Assembly (NCBI GenBank): GCA_049999805.1
Contig: JBNGIO010006246.1
Span: 275,587 to 339,586 of the forward strand
Direction: 5' to 3'
Length of the DNA: 64,000 nt
Source of the DNA: Folioceros fuciformis
Lineage: Eukaryota
A model generated the notes under the pieces. The model was not told the origin of the DNA. It saw only the letters and a program-made list of their open reading frames with translations, and made no database searches. Numbering within the stretch: the stretch's first letter is position 1; each line of letters opens with the position of its first letter. This document shows, one piece after another, positions 26,002 to 37,613 of the stretch. A program made the position numbers and the translations under genes.

Positions 26002-27344
26002 ATGGCGGCAGCGTTGGCGGGATCGGCGTTGGGAAGGGCGGAGCTGCTGGGCCAAGCCGTAGTGGCTGCACCCGCCCCCGCCAAGGCCGCTGCCCGGGCT
26101 CCATCGCAGATTGTGTCCGTGCTCGGGAAGAAGAAGGCGGGCAAGGCTGCTCCCAAGAAGGCCGCGCCTGCCGATCCTGAGCTCGCCAAGTGGTATGGTA
26201 GGTGTCCGGCCGTCCACGCTTTGCGGTGCTTGCATTTGGTGATGGACAATGCAGGTTTGGTGACACGCGTGCGGTGTCGCCGGTGATGCTGTGCAGGACC
26301 GGANNNNNNNNNNNNNNNNNNNNNNNNNNNNNNNNNNNNNNNNNNNNNNNNNNNNNNNNNNNNNNNNNNNNNNNNNNNNNNNNNNNNNNNNNNNNNNNNN
26401 NNNTCATGTCTGTGTGCTCGCTCATTCTTGCCCTTCAGCTACGGGTTTGACCCCTTCGGTTTGTCGAAGAAGCCCGCGGACTTTGACCGGTGAGTTGTCG
26501 CACTTTCCCCTTCCTTCCTTTGCCGCTCTGGATGTGGAACGAGCTGGAAGGGAGCCTATGTAGGAAAGCTCGAGACTGTAGTGCGTGTGCCGACGGCGGA
26601 ATTGCTTGCACTGGCAGGTACCAGGCGTATGAGCTGATTCACGCACGCTGGGCCATGCTTGGCGCAGCTGGCTTCATTTTGCCCGAGGCCTTCAACAAAT
26701 ACGGTGCCTCTTGTGGCCCTGAGGCTGTTTGGTTCAAGGTTGGTGTTTGTGTGCCTTCCGACGGACGTGTACGAAGACTTTATCTGGTTGTGGATCTGAT
26801 TTTGTTCCTTGCACTGACAGACCGGCGCCCTGCTTCTTGACGGCAACACTTTGGAATACTTCGGCGCTACCGTGCCTGTCAACCTAGCGGTTGCTGTGAT
26901 TGCTGAGATAGTCCTCGTAGGTGGTGCCGAGTACTACAGGGCGACCAACAAGTCACCCTTGGGATCTGTAAGTCTGTTTCCAAGCCCGTCCTGCACGGTC
27001 TCTTCAGTTACTCAGTACTGTAGCCTGCGATTAAGCTGGCAAGGTTTCTGAAGAGTGTTCTCTGTGCCTCATCTGGCTTGACGCAGGACCTGGATAGGCT
27101 ACACCCTGGCGGTGCGTTCGACCCTTTCAATCTGGCCAAGGACCCGGACACCTTCGCTTTGTTGAAAGTGAAAGAGATTAAGAACGGAAGACTGGCTATG
27201 TTCTCCATGCTCGGATTCTTCATCCAGGCCTACGTCACCGGCGAGGGTCCAGTCGAGAACTTGGCCGCTCACTTGAGCGATCCTTTCGGCAATAATTTGC
27301 TGACGGTGTTGCAAGGTGGTGCGGAGCGAGTCCCGACCTTGTAA
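26002..27344 (+). CDS. LHCB5: Chlorophyll a/b-binding protein CP26
   Basis: Motifs [36 protein letters not shown] and [19 protein letters not shown]-terminus AERVPTL. One exon is partly in an N-gap. Confidence 0.97.
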
Positions 27345-27549
27345 ACTTCAAGCTCAAATATTTTTCTTTCGTTGAGCTAATCCTTCTTGGAGCTGTACAA
27401 AGCAATGGAATTGTGCCTGCAAAGCCCGCAGGTGGAAGAAACTTTTTGCTTCGTTAACTAAGACATCTAACACCCGTGGACTGGATTCTTCTCTAGTCCT
27501 GATCCAAGGCGCAGAATCTGTTCCTGGCCTTTCCCGATCCGATGACAGG

Positions 27550-30027
27550 CTACCGTGTTCGCATGTCCTGCATCATTTGTACGACAGTAATCATCTCCGG
27601 GCGTTGAGATGGTAGCACTTCTGTGCACCTTAGCGCAATACTCAACACGAACAGTATCTCTTGCCGAATGGCCTTCTTCAAACAAACACCCGATCGAAGC
27701 TCCGGATCAATTACCTCCTCAATGAGATCTACTTTCAAGTGCACTGATTCCTTTAACCATTTCACCAAATCTCTGTCCTCGTCGCACCGTCTTCCGCTCA
27801 AAAGCTCAAGCAACACCACTCCATAACTGAATACATTGCTACTTGGAGTAACCCGGCTCGTATATGCGTACTCTGCGCAACCCCACGATCACGTTCATCC
27901 GGGGATCCTCTAATACAAATCTATATCAAGGAGTGACTCAGACTTAGGATGAAAGCGTGGTGGAATACCTGGAGCGATGTAGCCGCTGGAGCTGGGAAAT
28001 GTCGCAACGGATTCTCGGTGCACCTTGGCTGGATCCAGTATCTTGCTCAGCTCCACGTCGCCAACTAGAGGCGCAAATTCTTCATCTAGCAGGATGTTGC
28101 TCGAAGAAATGTCCAGGTGCACCGTGGGAGGCTGGTAAGCCTGGTGGAAGAACGCAAGGCCTTGTGCAATCCCCAGGGCAATTTGATACCTTCTTTCCCA
28201 ATCTAAGGCCCATGCATCGGAATCCAGACACTGTCGGAGAGTGCCGTGCGCCAAGGTGTCCTTATACATGAGCAGCAACTTCTGGTTGAAGATGAAGAAG
28301 TGGACCGGGCGCATGATGTGCTTGTGTGCCAGCCCTCGAAGCGATTCCAGCTCGCCCGTGATGTGCTCCGCATGAGCTTCGAGTATGTTCTTGTCCACGT
28401 TCACCCTCTTGATCAAATACTGGTGATCGGATTCCAGCGCGCCCACGCGGTACAGCGTGCTGTATTTGTTGGCGCTCACGATGTCTTCCTGCTTGAAGAT
28501 CTTGTTCAGCTCGTCCTGCGCAATGGAAACATGTTCGGAGTCGTCGACGGACCTAGAGAAATTGAAGTCCTCGCTGTGGTGACTTGGAAAATCGCGGGGA
28601 GTTTTAGCATCTCCCTTCTGTGGAAACGATTGGTTGGATCTTTGAGCGGGTCCCGGAGTTTCCTGACCCGTCACCGGAGCTGGAAATTTGGACCTGCAGA
28701 ATCTGAGCAAGAAGAAGAGCAGGGTGAGCAGCATCAGGATCCCCAGCACCACAAACCCTGCGAACCCACAGGTCCCCTTCTTCTTCAGTGTGGCTCCAAC
28801 AGGGGATGGCGCGGCGGCCGGAAATTTGGCGACGTTCGCTGACAGCTTGCATTCCCGTAGCGGGGACCCGCGAAGGCCCCTGTTTCCACTGAAGCTGCCC
28901 GGGGGACTGGCAGTGAAAGCGGGGGATTCCGGCACAGGCCCTGTCAGCTGGTTGTTAGAGATGTCGATGAACGTCAGGGACGGCATTCGAGCAAGGTCTG
29001 ATGGAATGCTGCCGGTGAGCTGATTGTTCGAGAGATCTAGAACCTCGAGCTTGGAGAGAGTAGAGATGGCTGCGGGGATGGCCCCCGTGAGAGCGTTGGA
29101 GCGAAGGATCAGCCGCCGGAGGTTTTGGAGTTGTCCAATCTCCTGAGGAATATTCCCGCTGAAGCCATTTGCAGCTAGATTGATCCTAGTCAAACTGGAC
29201 ATGACGCCGAGTTGCGGAGGAATTGAACCTGACAAGTCATTGGAATGCAGGTCCAGCTTTGCCAGATTCTTCAGCTTCTGAAGCTGGAGCGGTATGCCTC
29301 CCGTGAGGTTGTTGAACTGCACATCCAGAACTCGCAAGTTGAAGCAGTTTGACAGACTAGCCGGCAAGCTGCCGTTCAAGGAGTTGCCTTGCAAAAGCAG
29401 GTGTGTCAGATTCACAAGATTTTCCAGTGTCTCGGGGACAACACCTTCCAGCCTGTTCCCGTTCAGATTCAGCATGACGAGATTTCTCAGCTGGCCGAGT
29501 GTGGCGGGAATGCTTCCAGTGAGCCCGTTGTTGGAAAGATCAAGAATCTGCAGATCGATTGCACCTGCACCCAGCAGATCATCTGGAATGGGCCCTGAAA
29601 ACTGGTTTCTGGACAGATCTATGACCGTGAGCGTGGTGCTCAGATTCGAAGGAACGAAACCGCTTAAGTTGTTGCCCGACAGATTGAGAAATCGAAGAGA
29701 ACTCAACCGACTCAAGTCAACTGGAGTGCCCCTGAGACCTTGGCCGGGCAAGGACAGGGAAATCACTGCAGATGTAGGAAGATCACAGGTTACCCCAAAC
29801 CAGTTGCAAGCTGTAGGGTCGGAAGAATTCCAGGTTGAGAAGAAAGACCCGCTGGGAACATCGACGACAGAGTTACGGAACTGCAGCAGGGTCTGAGCGT
29901 CTTCAGATTGTTGCTTGAGAACGACTCCTGCAGCAAATTCTATGCCCACTAAGAGTTCGAGGAAGGTGGCAAGTACTACGACGGAAGTAATGCCGTGCAG
30001 ATGAATGCAAAGTCTAGTTGCTCCCAT
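27550..30027 (-). CDS. LRR receptor-like kinase, PXC3-like atypical kinase domain
   Basis: LRRNT WxxxxxxACNWFGVTC, about 11 plant LRRs, TM segment, HLDISSSNILLD, GDVELSKILDP, GYIAP|EYAY; one intron. Confidence 0.93.
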
Positions 30028-30505
30028 GTTGCCAACTTGGAACAAGCTCTCACACAACAGTGGCAAAGGATATTGCACGCTCGTGAAATCGGCAGGCATT
30101 TGGATACCTTTGCAATTCGGGCTGAAGGACAAGGGCGAACTTTGTGTGCACACCGGTTCCAGGTCCCATGGTTACACCACGTGGCTGAAAAGAATAACTC
30201 AGCAGGCCGCGGCCGGCCTAGTGGCAGCAGGGGCCAGCTTGAGCTAGTGACTGCATGACGAGACTTAGAGTTTGGAACAGTCCCTAGCATTTCTCAGAGA
30301 TTCCCATGGCTGGGACCCATCAGCTCTGTGGGAAAAGTTATATCCGGTTTGTCTGCACTAAACCAAAATCGGAGTCAAGTACATCCGGAACAGCTAAAGA
30401 TGTAGCCCACCAGAAGATGCTGATGCTTACTTTGCATAAGCTCGACGAAGGATTGAGGAGCATCAATTGGTGGAACTGACCGCTGATTATCAAATTAAGA
30501 CTGCA

Positions 30506-32755
30506 TCAGGGCCTCTCGACTTGGAAAGGTGCTGCGTGGGAAAGCCACAGATCTTGCAGAAGTCAAAGTCACTTTGAAACATAAAAAAGGCCAAGGCATA
30601 GCGAGGAGACGTACCGGGAGGAGAGCGCTTGGAGCGACTAAGATACGATAAGCCGACAACACTGCATAAGAGTGCAACGATGCAGAGGCCAAACAGTGTG
30701 CTGTTTTCCAGTGGCTGTGGTCGCGAAGCCTAGCCAGAGGAAAAGGTTACTGATGGGGCATACTATTGCACATTGTGTTGATGCTAGGGCAAGGGAGTTG
30801 CGCACTAATACTTACCCTGAATAATATCCACCATAGCATCACATTTACGGGTGCTTGATACAAGGTCATGATGCCAGCTCGCCTGTCATTTGGTAAATAT
30901 CTGCAGACAGCAACTCTCATCACATCCCTGTTCGAGATGCCATTTGAGCGCCAGGAGGAAGAAGTACTTACATGCTCCTTAGGCGAGCAAGAGATGGCAA
31001 GACGACTCCGACGCAAATGTTGAACACGCAAAACACAAACACCAACACGTAAACCTCCTGCACAAGGTAACACTCGGAAACATATCAGGCCAATAAAAGG
31101 CTTTCATTGGGGATAGGCTAGCTACAAAACTGACAGCGCTTCCGTCGCCCTTTACAGACCTGATAGTCATAGGCAGCGATGAAAAGAGCACCAGCCGATG
31201 CAATAAATGCCCAAGGTAGGAACTTTTCAGGATGCATGAACCAAGGCCCAGACAGGAGACAAGCGGCAATTATGCTGCCAAGAATCATGGAAGCCATCAA
31301 CTGAGTGTAGATTGATCCAACTTGCACATGCCGACCATCTGCCTGATTATGCATTAGGGACAGGATAAATTGAGCCTTTGAAGAATTAATCACATACTAC
31401 ATGGCAAGTACACTAGAGTCCAACACACAACTGGGTGTCAGCCTGTATCTTTTCTACGATAGAAAGCTCACCACAAGCGTTGGAGTCCAGAGCAGCCAAA
31501 ACGTCGATACAGAGAGCTCAAAACTTGCTTGCGCGAACCCAAGAAGGAGAACGGTTCTGTCTGCACAAGGCAATGACTTGTACATTTTGATGACCACAAG
31601 GTTGTTCGGTAACTTGCTTGGGAGAAAGGAGAATGCAAGGAATCGAGACCTACCCTTCAGAGAGTGCAAGGCATGTGACGCTGATCTTATTACATCAAGT
31701 CGAGGAATGGTCCGATTCTCAGCCCATGTAGTTCCAATTAGCACGACACATAATCCTGTGAAGACAGCGGCGACAACGGAGGATGAGGGTGTATCGAAGC
31801 CATGAATTGTAACCAAAACATTGGCCACAGCTCCACTTCCGAGGCCCATGACTGCCCCACCAACTGTCATCACCCAGAATGTTGCTACAAGCCACTCTTG
31901 CTTGAAGCCCATCTTCACATAGACCGACAAGGGAGATATCAGCTCAACTGGAACCATCAGAGATCAGATAGCATCAAAGCTAACAAATTACCCTTAACGA
32001 CAAAGGCAACTGGGGACATAGAAGGTCACACCTTCTCGTGCTCTACAACCACCCAGGCCTCAAATGTAGATGAGAAAAGAGACGTAGCCACCCCGAGAAA
32101 TACGTGTGCAAAGCATAATGTTTGGAAATTACTGGACAAGCTGAACAAGCAGCCCACGTGGTGGAGTATCCCAAACACGATACATCCTCGTTTCCGACCT
32201 CTGCAACAACAATTGTCTCCCAGTGGATAACAAATCTCATCCAACTTAACAAGACGTAGAGTCTGCAACGAGATCTAGGAGCTCCTTACACAGAGTCAGC
32301 TACTGCACCAGCGAAAGTTCCGAATATGAGCGCACTGGCATGTCCGACTGCTAGCAGAAATGCAATATCTCTTCTATTCAGTCCATAGTTTTCATAGCGA
32401 TTCTCTCTCCACACAAACTGCTGCTGAAAGGCCACTGCATCCACAGATTCAGATTCATGTTCTCTCTCAGGATTGCTCGGTACCAGCATATCGACAAGCA
32501 CCTGAAATTCTTCGAGTGGAGCACAACAAAGACAATCATAGAGAGCTTACAGGCGGCAGCAAGGAAGGGCAGGAGGAAGGATTGCTGGAACGAAAAGAAA
32601 GAAGGAGGGAGGCGAGTCAGGCTAGCAGTCCGATCAAGAGGGGAGACTGTCCAGTCAGGCTTCAAAACTCTGCGTCCATACAGAAGCAACGTGCAGGCCC
32701 CTAATAGCCATCCGTAGAGCCAGGGCGGTCCTTGCCATTCCTCGTCGTCTTCCAT
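30506..32755 (-). CDS. Molybdate-anion transporter (MOT2/MFSD5 family)
   Basis: Motifs GAVADS, GRKRGC, TSLFSSTFEAWVVVEHEK, FELSVSTFWLLWTPTL and YLPNDRRAGIMTLY. Confidence 0.85.
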
Positions 32756-33597
32756 TGGAGCTGCGTAGCTGCCTATTTACTCAAGTAATCGATGTATCTT
32801 GAAAGCATCTGAACTTCAACCTGCGACAAGTTGCTTCTCTTTCCCGTTGTAAGCCTTGTCTTAAGAGGATGAGACTTTTGGCGGAGATACATGGATGGTC
32901 CACTTTGAGGATTGTGGTGGCCGATCACCATTACCCAGAGCTGTTATGGCCCTAACTCTCTCCCACTTGGCGAGAGGGGGAATCCTCGTGCCGATGGCGA
33001 TGGCTTTGCGTGCGGTGGAGCCGTACTTTGGGCGAAGTAACACTGGCTTCCTCATGGTTGTGTGTCACAGACTAGCACCGGGTTGAGAGTATACATGTGA
33101 GGATCGTCCAAAGCTGTGATCACTAGGTTGATGCGGGAGCTCAAGAGGAAAATATGAGGAGAGCGGGCGCTAGTGGCGAGAATTTGGTCTCTGCATGTCT
33201 CCGATGCCGGAGTTGCAGTGCCTCCATGCCTTTTGAAGTGTGGTCAAAGCGTCTGTCGAGCCTGCAAGAATCCAAACAGCCCCTCAGACGTGATGGGAGG
33301 CCGGGTAAGTGACACGGTTCATGTCACAGTTCCAGCTGGTGGTCTTTGAATTGCCGTGAGAGTCGAGGTGTCAATGTGTTCTGCTGGGTGGCAGATCAGC
33401 CAATTGTACAGGATGCGTTGTGGAAAATTTTTATGGCTGATCCTTCTCGCTCGGTGAACAACAGGTCGAACAAGGTAGAATTCTTTTTGCGAGCTAGTGA
33501 TGCCATACTTGTTTCAAAAGGTCCGAAAGCGAATGAGGCCTTGGCAATTCGTTGCATTGTTTACAGTTTGTCTGATCGCCACAGACAATCCTCAAAT

Positions 33598-36500
33598 ATG
33601 CCGACCCCGAGCACAGCACACCAAGAGAGGGCCTGTGGCTTGGGTCTCCTTCTAACCCTGGATGGGTTGAAACGAGGATATCAAGGAAAGAACTCCCTGC
33701 TGCTGCATCCACGGCGTTTTCCCCAAGCCCTGGCTTGCTCTCACAAAGTGATGGGCATCCCCCTTTCAGGTACCGCATTGTGTCGATGGTACTTTTGTAC
33801 TCCCTTTTTTTTGGGTTGTCGACTGACATGTCTGCTGGTTGGTTACGAACTCTGTAGGCTGGCAAGCGGGAACGATTTTGAAGCCTGGATCAAACTGTGT
33901 GGAGAGGGACAGCTTATTGAGGCTTTTGAGGTGTTGGACCTCATGGAACGGAGTGGAATTAAGGTACCAGCTGAGATGTTGCACCACCTTCTGAAGCAGT
34001 GCGTCAAAAGGAAGAATCTAGGAGTTGGCAGACGGGCCCATGCGCTCTCAACTAAAAATGGATACGAGTCAAATTCAGTCTTAGGAGCCCACTTCATCAG
34101 GTTATATTCTTTAAGAGGGGAATTGCTCCAGGCTGCTCAGGTGTTTAGCAGACTGCCTGTGCCAGATACATTAGCGTGGAATGCAATCATTTCAGCATAC
34201 AGTGAGAATAGACGAGCCTGGCAAGCGATCCAGCTTTATCATCATATGCGGCAATCAAACGTGAGGGCAGATGATTATACATTTGTGACTGTTCTGAAGG
34301 CTTGTTCGTCTGCGAGAGATCTATCTGCCGGCAAGCTGGTCCACTCGGATGTGATGGAGAAGGGGTGCAAGTCGAATGCGTTTCTTGATAGTATCCTCAT
34401 GGACATGTATTCAAAATGTGGGAGTTTGGAGGACGCTCGTCAGGTTTTTGACTCTTTGTCGAAGAGAGATGTGGTGACATGGACAGCCATGATTGCAGGA
34501 TATGCTCAGCGTGGAATTGGTGAGGAGGCCCTCAAGCTCTTTCATAGTATGCTGCAGGACCAGGTGACACCGGACAGCTTCACATATGTGAGTATTCTAA
34601 AAGCTTGTGCAAGCATAGGTGTGACACAACACGGTAAGCAGATTCATGCTCAGATTTTACAAAGGGGGCTCGAAACTGACAGCTTCATTGGGAGTGCCCT
34701 CGTGGATATGTATGCTAAATGTGGTAGCCTGGATGATGCTCGCCTGCTGTTTGACAGGTTGCCAAAGCGAAATGTGGTGACATGGAGTGCGATTCTTAAC
34801 GGATATGCCCAGCAAGGCCTTGGTCAAGATGCTTTCAAACTGTATGAGGCTATGAAACAAGAAGGCATCATGCCCGACAAGTTTGTCTTTGCCATTATTT
34901 TAAAAGCATGTGCTAGCATAGGAGCCGATCAGGATGGGCAACGGGTTTATGCTGAAATCATGGAAAGGGGACTGCAGGGGGAGGTGGTCGTTGGGAACAC
35001 CCTGGTAGACATGTTTGTAAAATGTGGCAACCTAGAAAAGGCCCGGAAAGTGTTTGACACCTTGCCAGTCAAATCCACGATGACATGGGGTACCATGTTT
35101 GCAGGATATGCTCAGCAGGGTCTTGGCCATGAAGCTGTCAAATTGTATAAGAGCATGCAACAGCAGGGCTTGGCACCAGATCAGGTAGCGTTTGTGAGCA
35201 TTCTCAAGGCTTGTGGCACCTTGGGAGACAAACAAGAGGGTCAGCAAATTCATGCTCAGATAGTGGATGCGGGGCTACAGGACAATGGATTTGTAGGGAG
35301 TGCCTTAGTGGACATGTATGCCAAGTGTGGAAGTTTGGAGGATGCTCGCAAGGTGTTTGATAGTTTACCCTCAAAAGACTTGGTCACATGGAGTGCCATG
35401 ATTACTGGATATACGCAGCACGGGTTTGGCCATGAAGCTCTCCAATTATACTTGAGCATGCAGCAACATGGCATTGTGCCGGACCATGTGACATTTGTGA
35501 CCGTACTGAAAGCCTGTAGTAGCATTGGTGCTATTCAAGAGGGCAAGTGGATCCACTCCCAAATCCAGGAGAGGGGACTTGCAGCAGATGTTTTTGTTGG
35601 GAGCACCCTTGTGGATATGTATGCCAAATGTGGCAGTTTGGAAGATGCTCAAGGAGTGTTCGACAGATTGCCATCGAAAGATGTGGTTACATGGAGTGCC
35701 TTAATTGTAGGTTATGCAGAACATGGACTTGGTGATGAAGCCCTCAAGCTCTATGAACGAATGCAACAAGATGGGATGTCGCAGGCAAATGAGGTCACGT
35801 TCACTGGCATTCTGAAAGCATGCAGCATCGTAGGAGACCTACAGAAAGTTAAGCAAGTCCATGCTGACATCTTGGACAGGGGACTGGAGAAGAGTGTGAT
35901 AGTGGGTAACACTCTGATTGACACTTATGCAAAGTGTGGGAGTCTTGACGAAGCCCGAACTGTTTTTGATGGGCTGTCAGAGAAGGATGTTGTGACTTGG
36001 AGTAGTATGATTGCAGGATATGCTCAGTATGGACTTGGTCTGGAAGCTCTGCAACTCTATATGACCATGCAACTGGTGGGAATAATCCCGGACGTTGTTA
36101 CAGCAGTGATAGCTGTAAAAGCCTGTGGCAGTGTGGGAGCCTTACATGAGGGCAGGCAGATCCATTCTCACATTGTGGATAAGGGTCTGGTGCAGGACTT
36201 GGTTGTAGGAAATACTCTGGTGGACATGTATGCTAAATGTGGGAGCCTCCATGAAGCGCGCACTGTTTTCGCAGAAATGCCAACTAGGGATGTTGTGACA
36301 TGGAATGCACTCATCAATGGGTATGGCCAACATAATGAGTATGCAATGGCCATTCAGTGTTTCAAGGAAATGCAGGAGGAGGGACTGGGGCCTGATGCTG
36401 CAACATTTACCGCTCTCCTGGTTGCTTGCAGTCTTGCAGGATTGGTAAGTGAGGGTAAGCAGTACTTAAACATGATGGTGGAAAAATACTCCATCTCCCC

Positions 36501-37188
36501 TGGAGTGGAACATTACACATGCATGGTGGACCTCCTTGGCCGGTCGGGGCACCTAGAAGAGGCAGAAAATGTGTTGCTCAATATGCCTCTAATACCAGAC
36601 AGCGTTGGGTGGATGTCACTGCTCAGTGCTTGTAAAACGCACGGGAACGTGGAGCTTGGAAGGCGTTGCTTCGATCAGCTGGTCCAGATTGACCCTCACC
36701 ATGCCGCTGCTTATGTGCTGATGTCAAATATATATGAGAGTGCTGGAAGGTGGAGGGATGTACATTATGTAGAATCTGTGAGAGAGAGAGCAGGGGCTCA
36801 GAAGAAGCTTGCGACAGCCTTTATTGAAGTGAACAATAAAGTGCATCAGTTCACAGTGGGGGCCGACAGGGCTGATACATCCGCGAAGCTGCAGAGTCTA
36901 AATGCAAGGGCGAAGGAGGACGCTGATGTGAGTTTGCAATCACTGTCTGATAAGGAGAGGGAGGATGCTCTTTGTGGGCACGCGGAGAAGTTGGCGTTGG
37001 CCTTTGGTCTTCTTAACACACCTGAAGGCGCAACACTGCTAGTGGTTAAGAATCTTAGAATGTGTCATCATTGCCACAGCGGGACTAAGATCATTTCCAG
37101 CGTCGAAAAGCGAGAGATTATTGTCAGAGATGCACATCGTGTTCATCACTTCCGGGGTGGAGTGTGTTCGTGTGGTGAGGATCGCTGA
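33598..37188 (+). CDS. PLS-class PPR protein with E domains and variant DYW (KP/HAE-type) domain; start uncertain
   Basis: More than 20 P/L/S repeats (LVDMYAKCGSL...), KKLATAFIEV, HAEKLALAFGL, KNLRMCHHCH and HHFRGGVCSCGEDR. Confidence 0.95.
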   Translation: MPTPSTAHQERACGLGLLLTLDGLKRGYQGKNSLLLHPRRFPQALACSHKVMGIPLSGTALCRWYFCTPFFLGCRLTCLLVGYELCRLASGNDFEAWIKLCGEGQLIEAFEVLDLMERSGIKVPAEMLHHLLKQCVKRKNLGVGRRAHALSTKNGYESNSVLGAHFIRLYSLRGELLQAAQVFSRLPVPDTLAWNAIISAYSENRRAWQAIQLYHHMRQSNVRADDYTFVTVLKACSSARDLSAGKLVHSDVMEKGCKSNAFLDSILMDMYSKCGSLEDARQVFDSLSKRDVVTWTAMIAGYAQRGIGEEALKLFHSMLQDQVTPDSFTYVSILKACASIGVTQHGKQIHAQILQRGLETDSFIGSALVDMYAKCGSLDDARLLFDRLPKRNVVTWSAILNGYAQQGLGQDAFKLYEAMKQEGIMPDKFVFAIILKACASIGADQDGQRVYAEIMERGLQGEVVVGNTLVDMFVKCGNLEKARKVFDTLPVKSTMTWGTMFAGYAQQGLGHEAVKLYKSMQQQGLAPDQVAFVSILKACGTLGDKQEGQQIHAQIVDAGLQDNGFVGSALVDMYAKCGSLEDARKVFDSLPSKDLVTWSAMITGYTQHGFGHEALQLYLSMQQHGIVPDHVTFVTVLKACSSIGAIQEGKWIHSQIQERGLAADVFVGSTLVDMYAKCGSLEDAQGVFDRLPSKDVVTWSALIVGYAEHGLGDEALKLYERMQQDGMSQANEVTFTGILKACSIVGDLQKVKQVHADILDRGLEKSVIVGNTLIDTYAKCGSLDEARTVFDGLSEKDVVTWSSMIAGYAQYGLGLEALQLYMTMQLVGIIPDVVTAVIAVKACGSVGALHEGRQIHSHIVDKGLVQDLVVGNTLVDMYAKCGSLHEARTVFAEMPTRDVVTWNALINGYGQHNEYAMAIQCFKEMQEEGLGPDAATFTALLVACSLAGLVSEGKQYLNMMVEKYSISPGVEHYTCMVDLLGRSGHLEEAENVLLNMPLIPDSVGWMSLLSACKTHGNVELGRRCFDQLVQIDPHHAAAYVLMSNIYESAGRWRDVHYVESVRERAGAQKKLATAFIEVNNKVHQFTVGADRADTSAKLQSLNARAKEDADVSLQSLSDKEREDALCGHAEKLALAFGLLNTPEGATLLVVKNLRMCHHCHSGTKIISSVEKREIIVRDAHRVHHFRGGVCSCGEDR

Positions 37189-37613
37189 GGTCATTCAGGC
37201 AGATGGTACATCTCGCACACGCCAGGGTGTACGCAGATCAAGGATGACACTTCATATTTCCAATGTCGGCAGACGGGTCGAGGACTGACCGATCTCTGGA
37301 CTTCGAAATCGTACACCAAATGATACGGTTGTGCCGTCAGGTTGCTAAATTGGATATTGTAACCTGCGGAGTCTTCGAAGGGCTTGAAGTGGAGAGGTGT
37401 TGCTTATTCAATGGAGGGAAACCTCAAACGTGTAAACAGAGTTTGCCGTGGGAGCTCTCTCCATGGACCTTCTGAAGTGTTTTAGAAGTAACGGACACAA
37501 ATTTCCAACCGAAGAGCACCCTCTTGTGATATTCATCTGTAAGATCTGGGTTCAGCTAGGTTGACATCTACCGCATAGCATCTGGTGCCCGTAGTGAAAG
37601 AACACGGAACGTC

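Noticed and set aside
28246-29896. Long plus-strand ORFs
   Set aside because: They are antisense shadows of the LRR-RLK coding sequence.
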